In this document: piece by piece, positions 51,411 through 61,137 of the stretch
How the letters are laid out: each line of letters begins with the position of its first letter
Position numbering within the stretch: position 1 is the first letter of the stretch
Source: Psammoneis japonica
Lineage: Eukaryota
Assembly: GCA_008632985.1 (NCBI GenBank)
Contig: QPGO01000070.1
Coordinates: 124,001 to 188,000, forward strand
Direction of reading: 5' to 3'
DNA: 64,000 nt
Translations under genes and position numbers: made by a program
The notes under the pieces: generated by a model
What the model was told of the DNA's origin: nothing
The model's database searches: none
What the model saw: the letters and a program-made list of their open reading frames with translations, nothing else

Positions 51411-51754
51411 CGATTCCTTATTTAAGCGCGAGCTTGATCACGACGAAAAAAGTCGTTGGTCTGGAATTTAACGTCGTCCTTGTCAACAGATAGCTACATG
51501 TACTCTACCGTATTGATAGAGAGTAGCTACCGGTACTTCTAGATAGCTAGCTAGAGCAAAACTGACGTGGGCTACCCAAGAAGCGACTTTCTGCTACGTA
51601 CGACTATGTTGTCTAGAGTAGACCATGACAAACGACACTATGTGCTCGGGAACAGCAAATAACTTGTAGTCCTACAAACGCCAACTCCCTCTCTGCTAGA
51701 CTATTACTCGCGTTTGAGCTCAATCCATCCGTGACCCGCAGACGAGTCTTCTCT

Positions 51755-52591
51755 TTAATACATGACAAAGCTCAAAACGATAAACATGACTGCAATAAGA
51801 TACACTCCCATTTGTGCCACAACATCAAGCCGAACATTACCAACCCGTACAGCTTCGTCCGACAATACGATTCCAACCACTTGCTTGGCTACATTCACAA
51901 CTTGACCAAGCTTGTCGTCTAGTTTCAAGTCATCCAAATCCACTGGTACTTTGGTTGCTTTTTTGTTCGTCGTTGTCGTCTTGGTGGAAGCGGCGACACG
52001 TTTTCGTTCACTCTTGGCAGCCTTTTCTGCAACTCGCGCATTTTGCACCACTTGTTGTCGTGCCAATTTTTCCGATTGCATCCTGGCCAATTCCAATTTT
52101 CGTTTTCGTAATTCAGCCTTTTCTTGTTTCAAATCTTGTTCGGTAGTTTTCTTTTGAGACATGCTCTTGACAACCATGGAGGGAATCGAGAGCGCAAGAC
52201 TGCCCGATACCGTGCCGCCTCCGTTGTTGTTATTATTTGCTTCTAGTTGCTCAAGGCGTTTCTCACGGTGTCGTTCGCGTTGCTTTTCATTAATTTCACG
52301 TCGTAACTCACGTTGACGATTACCCAAGGCATAATCCAAGCCATCACGATCGTCCAAAGAGCCTCCTCTATAAACGTGGAAGGTGTTTTGTGTGTTGATG
52401 GGTATAATAAGAAAACATTGAAAAAAACACATCACACATCATAGGTACAGAGAGATACCCAAGAAACTATTGTATAATACATACCTCGGAACCGCAGTCG
52501 AGAACGAATGAGTATAGTGGTTGGGCGTGGCTGCGGTAATCTTATTGCCAACAAGAAGCACTAGCCCAACGACACAAGTTTTCATCATCAT
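51755..52591 (-). CDS. Signal-peptide coiled-coil protein with C-terminal TM; exons 52591-52485 and 52367-51755
   Basis: MMMKTCVVGLVLLVG. Intron gtatgt...tag joins AVPR^GGSLDD in frame with ORF 51755-52435. Confidence 0.75.
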
Positions 52592-52898
52592 CGTGTCTCT
52601 TCACAAAAAAGTGCGTTTGATTTGATGGGTGGTGAATTTAAATTATCCACATGCATGAAGGACGTATTGACGTCATTTGACATTTAATTCCTCAAAGCTG
52701 AAGTATAAATAAAAATGATTGTCGGTCAGCACGTTTGTCTGTGTTAAAAATGCCACTGGTGCTCAGCCCAACTCTTATCGGCTCTTTGGCGTTCGATTTT
52801 TTCACGGACACCTTCAAAAAAATAACAAGAACAACAACACGAAGGATCGCATTGCCTGTTGTACCTCTATTCCTTTCAACAACAGCACACAAGAAGAC

Positions 52899-54277
52899 AT
52901 GAGTAATCAACAAGATGGAGAGATTAATGTGACGTTGGCGTCAACGTTTACGGGTCAATCGGATACAATTTCCGTTCATGCAACCGGTACGACTCTTCAA
53001 GATTTAACTGGTTGGGCCAAGGCTTTGTTGGGTCTCGACGGTCAGGATAATTTGCAGCTCTTCAAAGACGGAAAGGCCATTCAGGCTCCACCAAGTTCGA
53101 ATCTACAGCAAGCTGGTATTGTGAATGGTGATTTGATTGCCGTACAAGCCAAACAAGCACCGGCTCCAGCGGCCGCCGCCGCAGCGAGTGGTGGTCTTGA
53201 TTTCTCGGCATTGCTCAATTCTGCTGGATCTTCTGCGAACTCATCACGACATTCACAACAGAATGGTGGAATTCCTCCTCCAACATATTATCCTGGTATG
53301 CACTTGGACGATGCCATGGATATGAATCCTCATCCTCAAAACTTTTGCAGCCTCTTGTTGCAACACGAGCATTTATGGAAGGAACTCAACTATCACAATC
53401 CGACAATTGCTCAAAAAATCAAAGCCACCAATAACAATTTAGATGCCGCCACGGCTCTTTGGAGAGAGGAATTGGTCAAGGGTAGTATTCGTGTCGCACA
53501 CGCCAAGACGCAGGCCTTTCAAAAGCGCCAAACCATGACGACGAGACTACAGCAAGACCCCAACGATGCACAAGCCAAGGCGTTTTTTGAAAAGGAAAAC
53601 AACGAAAAACTTGTAGAGGCGCAATACCGACAAGCCATGCAAGAGTATCCCGAATCCATGGGACGGGTCTTGATGCTTTACATTCAAGCCAAGGTGAACA
53701 ATGTGGAACTTCAAGCCTTTGTCGATAGCGGTGCACAGTAAGTAGACTCTAGCGCGCCTGAAAGTGCATGGATGCTCTACTTGTTGTTTTATCCGGAGCA
53801 ATACTCACTCATAATCACCTCTTCTTGTTTGTTTGTTTCTTCAGAAACACAATCATGTCGAAAAAGTGCGCCGAACGCTGTGGCGTTTCTCACTTGATTG
53901 ATACCCGCTTTGCCGGAACCGCCGTCGGAGTCGGCACGGGCAAGATTCTTGGACGCATCCATATCGTGTCTTTACAGATTGGTGACACCCATCACTTTCC
54001 CTGTTCGGTGACCGTCATGGATGATTCGCAGGGTTTGGGCGATAAGAATATGGATTTCTTGTTGGGACTCGACATGCTCAAGCGACACTTGTGCAAAATC
54101 GATTTGGCCAAGGGCTGTCTGGAGTTTCAATTGCCTCATGGACCCGTCCTGGAGGCGCCCTTTTTGCATGAAAAGGATTTGGACCAAAGCAAGGGTGGGA
54201 CCAAGGGATTTGATGCCGACAAGGCTAATCAAGAATTGGAAGAGTTGAGGAAAAAGGCAAAGATGGATGAAGAGTAG
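52899..54277 (+). CDS. DDI1: DNA damage-inducible protein 1 (ubiquitin-like domain plus retroviral-type aspartyl protease); intron 53738-53844
   Basis: PESMGRVLMLYI, AFVDSGAQ^NTIMS, LIDTRFAGTAVGVG, FLLGLDMLKRH. Confidence 0.95.
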
Positions 54278-54826
54278 AAGGTGCGATGGTTTAGAACTGG
54301 TACAGTACAATAAACTAGAGATGGCTGACTAGTTTATAAGTACCAGAGATCACAAATTTCCTAATTTCATTATTTTACAGCAAAGTAAGTGAGAGATTGA
54401 AACGGTTGGAAAGGAAACTTTCGTCGCCTTTAGTTCTCCCCTCCGGTGGTTCCAGTTTATTTCCAGCGGTAACTTTGATGGGACGGCAGCCACACTAGAG
54501 TCCACACTACCATTTTCTAGATAGTAGAGACTACTAACAACTAGAGTAGTAAGTAGAAGTACGAAGTAGAGGTAGTGGGCAATCGTAACTCGTGTAAGGT
54601 TAGCGCGACGACGACTCGAGCGCGGGGTGGCAGAAGCCACGCTTTTTGTTGGTCGCATCTCGGGACTGAAAACGAAGTTTGCGTGACTGAATCATCATCT
54701 GGCGGCGGCCTGCTCCTCGCGCGATCTTTTGGAATTTTGGATTTTGATCGCGTGTTCAGTGTGTTGTTGCGTTGCGTTCTCTACATCCGGACTGGGACAA
54801 CGGAAGAATAAAAGGCAGCAGACACA

Positions 54827-55376
54827 ATGTTTAAAGAGCTTGGATCTTCTGACGAGCTTGTCAGCTTTATAAATGAGAACGAAGTCTGCTTGGTGAGTCA
54901 CACTAGTGCGAAAGGAAGCCACATTACGGATGGTTGCTTGCCAAAAGCCGCTGTTTTCGGGATCTTGAAGCTTGCGTGTGTCTACCTCAAAGCCAGAAGC
55001 AGCACCACCCCCGACGTAGAGCCTCGATGACATTTTGTCCATTTCTGTGCAGTTTTGTGGTGCACAAATGATAGTATGGATAGTTTCAACGACGTACTCA
55101 CAATTTCCTCGTCTTCTTCAGGTTACCTTTTCCGCGACTTGGTGCATGCCGTGCAAAGCCACCAAGCCTCGACTAGAATCGGTTGCCAAGGAATCTACCA
55201 TTAATTTTGGATACGTGTACGAAAGCGATCTAGATGATGATTTCTTCAATGTATTTGTGGAGATTAAAGCTTTTCCTACCTATGTGATTTTCAAAAATGG
55301 TCAAGAAGTCGAACGAGTGCAAGGAGCAGACTTTGATGCTCTGCAAAAGATGCTTGCTGCACACTCTAGTAGTTAA
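54827..55376 (+). CDS. Thioredoxin with WCMPC active site; intron 54893-55121
   Basis: ENEVCL^VTFSATWCMPCK...IKAFPTY..FKNGQEVERVQGAD. Confidence 0.9.
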
Positions 55377-55477
55377 CTTCGTTTATGATATCTACTCGTT
55401 GTCGTGATGCTGTTTGAGTCATTCCCTTAAATCTTTCTTTAGCTGAACATAGCTGCATCTTAAAGCACCCCTTATCG

Positions 55478-57031
55478 TTATGAAGGTATTCTGACATCAT
55501 GGTAGAATTTGAAGATGCAAATGACCAAGGCGCCCACCATGCAAGCGACAATCAAGGTGGTAATGACAAAGCTTCCATTGAATACATCCGCCAATATCCC
55601 GGTCAGTAGCGCTCCGACCGCATAACCCGAGTCTCTCCACAATTTGTAGATACCAATCGCAGATGCTCGATCAATCGCTGGTGTGTGATCACTAATGGCT
55701 CCCGCCATGACGCAATAAACACTGCCAATTCCACAACCAATCACAATTCCTCCAATCAACAAAAAGATGTAGACTTGACTGATTTCATCAGCAGCATGGT
55801 GGTGCATGTCGGCCAAGGCAGTAATGATGAGTCCGACAATAGCAGTCAGGAATCCCCCAATCAAAATGGGCTTGCGCGTTTGCCTATAATCGCTCATGCG
55901 ACTGGCCAAGATCATCATGGCAGCTTTGGAAAAGGTAAATGTGGATCCAATGTTGGCCACTTGAAATTTGTCGAGTGCTTGTTGTCGTGCCCAAATCAAC
56001 ACCAGTCCCCATGCCAAGGACGTGACCAGGTTGGTCATGAGTCCAGCCACCAAGAGGATGGCAGTGCTTGGATTGTGCCAAGAAGTTTGTAACAGCACCG
56101 ATCCAAAGGATGAAGGGGTTATTATAGGTGTGGGTGTTTGGACGCTTGAAGAGGATTTTGGCTGTGCCGTGGACGATGAGAATCCCACCAACTCGTATTC
56201 TGATCCAGGCCTTGCTATTCGGGTAGGACATTGTGGAGTTGAAGGATCGCTGCATTCTCCTTCTTTCGTATGTCGAATTAAATCCGATCCGTCCTTATCA
56301 TTGTTAGAGATACGAATTTCTTTGTCCTCTGCCTCATCATCGGCAGCATCGAATATCGAATTATCATGTTGTGTAGATGACGATGACTCCAACAAGACAA
56401 ATTCGGTTGTATCCTTCATCCCAACTACGGATACAACAAGGCCCAATAGAGAGCTTGCCAAAACAACCGAAAACGCTCCCTCAGTAGACAAGGCAGCCGC
56501 AAGATAGGTCGTGATGGCTGACGAGAGGTAGCCGGTACTGTTCGAAATCCCCGAGGCCAAGGCACGATTGTCGGGTCCGAGAATGTCAATAAACATGAAA
56601 ATATTCGTTGTCCAAGTCAATCCCTGCTGCGCTCCCAAAAATACATTGGCAACCACATACCAAGTCCAACTACTATCATTGTTCTTGTCGTTATGAGAAG
56701 AGGTTGTGTCGGTAGAAAAGGCAATCGCGAGGAGTAAAGCCCCCAAGACAATCCCTGCCATCCATCCAACGCAGTGAGGCAACTTACGCCCATGTAGATC
56801 CGACATGCGTCCCACGAGGAGATTGGAAAAGGCTTTTGTAAATCCAAAAGACACCAAAAACGCTGTTTGAAGTGTGTGAGAGCTATCCGTCGATGATGCA
56901 GCCAACAGGGCATCTGTAAAAGTTGTCAGTTTGAGTGTAACGCCAATCAAAATGGCCATGACAAAGTGGAAAAACAACTGACAGCCATTGCCGCGGAACC
57001 CAAAAGATACTGCTTTGCCTTCAGGCATCAT
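55478..57031 (-). CDS. Major facilitator superfamily transporter
   Basis: 517 aa with about 12 hydrophobic helices, motif A GRMSDLHGRK, and GIYKLWRDSGY. Confidence 0.9.
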   Translation of the reverse strand: MMPEGKAVSFGFRGNGCQLFFHFVMAILIGVTLKLTTFTDALLAASSTDSSHTLQTAFLVSFGFTKAFSNLLVGRMSDLHGRKLPHCVGWMAGIVLGALLLAIAFSTDTTSSHNDKNNDSSWTWYVVANVFLGAQQGLTWTTNIFMFIDILGPDNRALASGISNSTGYLSSAITTYLAAALSTEGAFSVVLASSLLGLVVSVVGMKDTTEFVLLESSSSTQHDNSIFDAADDEAEDKEIRISNNDKDGSDLIRHTKEGECSDPSTPQCPTRIARPGSEYELVGFSSSTAQPKSSSSVQTPTPIITPSSFGSVLLQTSWHNPSTAILLVAGLMTNLVTSLAWGLVLIWARQQALDKFQVANIGSTFTFSKAAMMILASRMSDYRQTRKPILIGGFLTAIVGLIITALADMHHHAADEISQVYIFLLIGGIVIGCGIGSVYCVMAGAISDHTPAIDRASAIGIYKLWRDSGYAVGALLTGILADVFNGSFVITTLIVACMVGALVICIFKFYHDVRIPS

Positions 57032-57349
57032 TGTTTGATCATCGTTGTTAGCACATACAACGCAGCTGTCTGGCGACTACAAATAATTTGTTGAACTTTT
57101 GTAGGACGGGAAACTTGCGGAACGGGTTGCTGCGAAAGCGAGGTTCCAACATGCGCTGCTCACTCCTTCCCTTTTGTCTGTTGATGCAGGGTCGTTGTTC
57201 CTTCCCGCAAGCTTGTCGGCATAAGAAACTTCTTTGTTGACTGTTACAGTAACGGTACGTTGCGCCTTCATTTTTCTCATTGCGGCCGAGTCGTCGTCGT
57301 CAAGTCTCGCACCGACATCGCGCGATCGCACGCCAAGTCATCGCACCGG

Positions 57350-58200
57350 GTGTGCATGATGTCTCAATCTGAAATGCCACCCTCCTTGCTTGTGCATGCA
57401 TGTGGGAGGAGCTTCATTTGGGTCAGTTTGTTGGAGCCCAGATCTTGGCCTCGTGGATTAGGGGTTCCCAACAATCAAGCAGCAGTGAAGCAAAAGCAGG
57501 GTGCTGCGGCGGCTCTTAATTTGGATTTTTTGCTCGCTCCCTTTTTGCAAGAAGGGCTGTGCTTTTTGGCATTTTGTGTGTGTGGGTGTGTGTGTGTGGG
57601 TGTGGGGCTGTGACATGGAGGCTGCAGCTTCATGCCAGCCATTTTTCGAGCTTTTGCCACAAAGTTTGTGGGGGCAAAAAAGACAAGGCCGCGTCTCTGG
57701 GACGATGAGAGAGAGCTCGCCCCGGCGCTGGCGGCCGCCTCGTCCTTTTGCAGGTTGCCCACTTCTCAAAAAGCAGTGCAGCCATGTCTCTGGGGGATCA
57801 TGCCACCTCACAGCCTGGGGGCACTTTGCCCATGTCAAAGCCCCTCTGGCTTTTCAAAAAGTGGCGGCACACAAAAAGCCAGCCGGGAGCTTCTCTTTTC
57901 TGCTCATTCTTCGCGGGCTTCTGTGTGATTGTGTGTCACTTCATGGCGCTGATGGCCAAAGGGCAAGGGGCAGGGAGGAGGGCAGAGCAGCACGCCAAAA
58001 AGCTCTGTTGTGTTGCGCTGCCAGCTGGCACCTCTCTTGTGAGTGCTCCAGCTGTCATGTCCAAAAAAGACTCCCCTCCTTTTGCTTTTGATCTTGATCA
58101 AAGCACCTCCTTTGCGAACTAGAAAAGGTCAAAAATTAGACTTTGGTCGCACAAAGCCAGGACAAAAAAGAGTTGACTCATCACAACAACAACGAAGCCA
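57350..58200. other. TA-depleted degenerate block with a (TG)n tract
   Basis: Almost no TA between the MFS upstream region and the tRNA. Confidence 0.6.
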
Positions 58201-58214
58201 AACATCATCAAAAG

Positions 58215-58289
58215 TACAAAGAGGGGAGAATCGAACTCCCGACCTCAGCTGTGTTAAAGCCGCGTCATAACCAACTAGACCATCTCTGC
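58215..58289 (-). tRNA. tRNA-Val (anticodon AAC), acceptor stem slightly irregular
   Basis: GCAGAGA TG GTCTAGTTGGTTATGAC G CGGCT TTAACAC AGCTG AGGTC GGGAG TTCGATT CTCCC CTCTTTGTA, followed by a TTTT run. Confidence 0.85.
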
Positions 58290-58653
58290 ATGCCCCCCCT
58301 GGCGGGCATCAAAGAATATGAAGTGTAATAGTGCTTATCAATCCATGGTTGTCCTGCATTGCAACACATTTCGTCGTCCGCAATTGCTTTCGTCTTCCTA
58401 GTTACTTTTGTTATATCGTTTTTCTTGTTGTGAGATGGTCGGTCGGGTTCTTCAGTCCAAAGAGGGCCAAAACATTGCGCAATGTGTTGAGAATTTTTTT
58501 TGAGATAGATTCGCGAGAGGTGCGTCGTCTGTCCTTTACACGTCTTGCCGTAGGATATCCGTAGGATCGTACGAAGTGTTGAAGTGAATCTTGTGCCGAA
58601 CGCTTTTTCACTCACTTGTTCGCGTTTTTGCAGGTTTTTGATCTTCTTTCACC

Positions 58654-59142
58654 ATGGCGTCGTTAGCGAAACGGATACTTGTGGCAGTCATTAGCTTGGC
58701 CATCGCTTCTCAGCAATGCATGTCATTTAGTAGCATCCATCGAAATACTGCGATATCGCAAGCGTTTATACCCAACAAATCTTCCACAATCCGCTCAAGA
58801 ACACCGCCAGTTGCTTCGTCGCCACTCTTTGGAGGGTCGAGGCAAAAGACGCAATGGATTTCATCACACCAAATATTTATGGCGTCAACAGGAGAGGAAG
58901 AGTCGCAAGAAATAATACAAGCCGATAATGAGGAGGAAGAAGAAAAAATGGGTTTTACACGAGCCCTATTCTTGGCAGTTCCGCTGTTTTGCAAGTTTTG
59001 TATCGTTTTGATAATCAAGTTCCTGACGGATTTGGTTGTTTACCCCATATTAATTTTATTTCGATTGGCGAGATTGGCAAAACGACGAGTGTTGAAATTG
59101 TTCGGAAAGGAGCCAGACAACAACAAGAAACCGGTTCCGTAA
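58654..59142 (+). CDS. Probable plastid-targeted membrane protein of unknown function
   Basis: Signal peptide ending CMS-F, Ser/Arg-rich transit peptide, acidic patch and hydrophobic C-terminal segment. Confidence 0.75.
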   Translation: MASLAKRILVAVISLAIASQQCMSFSSIHRNTAISQAFIPNKSSTIRSRTPPVASSPLFGGSRQKTQWISSHQIFMASTGEEESQEIIQADNEEEEEKMGFTRALFLAVPLFCKFCIVLIIKFLTDLVVYPILILFRLARLAKRRVLKLFGKEPDNNKKPVP

Positions 59143-59307
59143 CGATGATATTGTCGTTTTGAACCGTGCTCGATACACTCCCTACACACAAGGACGCGAC
59201 TACAAAAGAGTTGCGTTTGTACCCATCAGGCTGTCACACATTAAATATAGATCATCTTATTAGCCATTCATTTGCTTGATCGGTACCATAAAGCAAAACG
59301 TCGTTGA

Positions 59308-60636
59308 CTATGGTGCCACATAAGGAAATTTCGCGTGCATCCACAGACTAACGGATGCAATGATACCTCCTACCACCTGCTCGGCTGTCACCCCACCATC
59401 GTCTCCACTTCCTTCTTTACTTGCAAGCTTGGACTGCAAAATTCCAGATAGCAACAACCCAAAGATAAGAGCAAATCCTTTGCGGACGGCACCGGCATGT
59501 TTGGTAACGAGTCCTACAATCACACCGCCACTCGCATTCAGCAATACTGGCAACCACGTTCGAGCAGTCCATCCATCTCGTATGCCATTTTCTTTTATTT
59601 TCTTTGTATCAGGCGATCCCAACAGTAGTGATCCCATGAGCATGAGAATCGAAGCAGCGCTGAGTTCCATGGTGAACAAGTACGAGTTGCGCGATCCAAA
59701 CTGCAAGCTCCGTTGCGTTAGAGCACCCGCCAAACCGGAAATGAAACTAGCAATCATGATTGGGATCACGCCACTGAACCAATGACTCTTTTTCGCTTCA
59801 TCCGACCGAGTGTCGGTCGTGGTTGTCGAAACAAAGGGCAGGGGCACAATCTTTTCAATGACAAGGGCGGCCAATAGAAGCATGACTAGCGATACGATTT
59901 GAAGTGGGGACTGGCGACGGCCCATGACAAGATAGCAGCAAAGAGCTGCACTTAACGTCTTTGTCTGATTCAAGACGTTGAAAGTCACGGGTGCAAGATT
60001 TTGATATGCCATGAGAGTGCAGTAGTTCTGACGACGTAAAGCGCTGCAGGAATCCCAGCAATGATCCACCAGGAACTAACCGACCAACCTAGAGCATGTA
60101 GAAACAAGCAAATCATGCAATCAGTGCCTGTATGAAAATACAGTAGTCTAGTTCTTTTTTTTAAGCATAGTGTCGATAATGTCACGTACCTGCCACAGAG
60201 CCTTCCAACTGCCACTAATGCGCAACAGCGATCCTGCAATCACCAACTTGGAAACCTCTTGTGCTAGCACAACCGTACTGCGGCAAATATTCTTGGGAGC
60301 ATACTTCTTTGTAAGAATGGGTTGTGTACCAAACTGCAATGCTAGAAGAGTCAGATACCACCACGCAATGGCTGGTGAAGAAGATGCGGCCGCAGCGGCC
60401 GTACTACTCATTTGCAACGGAGCAACAGCCTTATCTGGTGCAGCAATAAGAGGAGTCCCCGACATTGTTTTTATAGGTTTCATCGTTCGACTTGACGAGA
60501 CTACGCTTGATCGGGGATTAAAAGGCTTGGCCACTCGGCGAGCAAATTGAACAGGTTGCACACCTGATTGGAAAGCACCGGCGGCAATGATCGAGCTTGC
60601 CGCTGCAAAACCAACGAACACGAATCGAACAAACAT
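59308..60636 (-). CDS. Nucleotide-sugar transporter (SLC35A / UDP-galactose type); intron about 60189-60089, two apparent frameshifts
   Basis: LLALQFGTQPIL, VVLAQEVSK, IPAALY, QN, LNQTKTLSAA, NASGGVIVGLVTKHAGAVRKGFA. Confidence 0.88.
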
Positions 60637-60660
60637 TTTTCTCGAGCAAAAGGAAATATG

Positions 60661-61012
60661 NNNNNNNNNNNNNNNNNNNNNNNNNNNNNNNNNNNNNNNN
60701 NNNNNNNNNNNNNNNNNNNNNNNNNNNNNNNNNNNNNNNNNNNNNNNNNNNNNNNNNNNNNNNNNNNNNNNNNNNNNNNNNNNNNNNNNNNNNNNNNNNN
60801 NNNNNNNNNNNNNNNNNNNNNNNNNNNNNNNNNNNNNNNNNNNNNNNNNNNNNNNNNNNNNNNNNNNNNNNNNNNNNNNNNNNNNNNNNNNNNNNNNNNN
60901 NNNNNNNNNNNNNNNNNNNNNNNNNNNNNNNNNNNNNNNNNNNNNNNNNNNNNNNNNNNNNNNNNNNNNNNNNNNNNNNNNNNNNNNNNNNNNNNNNNNN
61001 NNNNNNNNNNNN
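60661..61012. other. Assembly gap of 352 N
   Basis: Run of N. Confidence 1.
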
Positions 61013-61137
61013 GTCGAACAACTTGACGGACTGGACATAAAGAAATCCGGTGAGCTTCAACTGCCTAAAGCCGACATCGCATTCACGATGTTTCTACGAG
61101 AAACTGCATGAAGATCTCTCACACTCTACTACATATT

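Noticed and set aside
53640..54100. Retroviral protease of an LTR element
   Set aside because: The DSG protease lies within a spliced host DDI1 gene.
54350..54658. Short TM-containing ORF
   Set aside because: It overlaps a TAG/CTA-rich intergenic tract and has no recognisable domain, so support is insufficient.
26260..60200. Frameshifts in the epimerase (26268), kinase-GT90 (28032), small plastid protein (32278), sulfotransferase (50862, 51275) and sugar transporter as programmed frameshifting or mass pseudogenisation
   Set aside because: Mostly 1-nt losses in short base runs within otherwise intact genes, typical of long-read consensus error. Read-level checking is needed.
60148..61111. 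Long ORFs spanning 60.6-61.0 kb
   Set aside because: Artefacts of the N gap.
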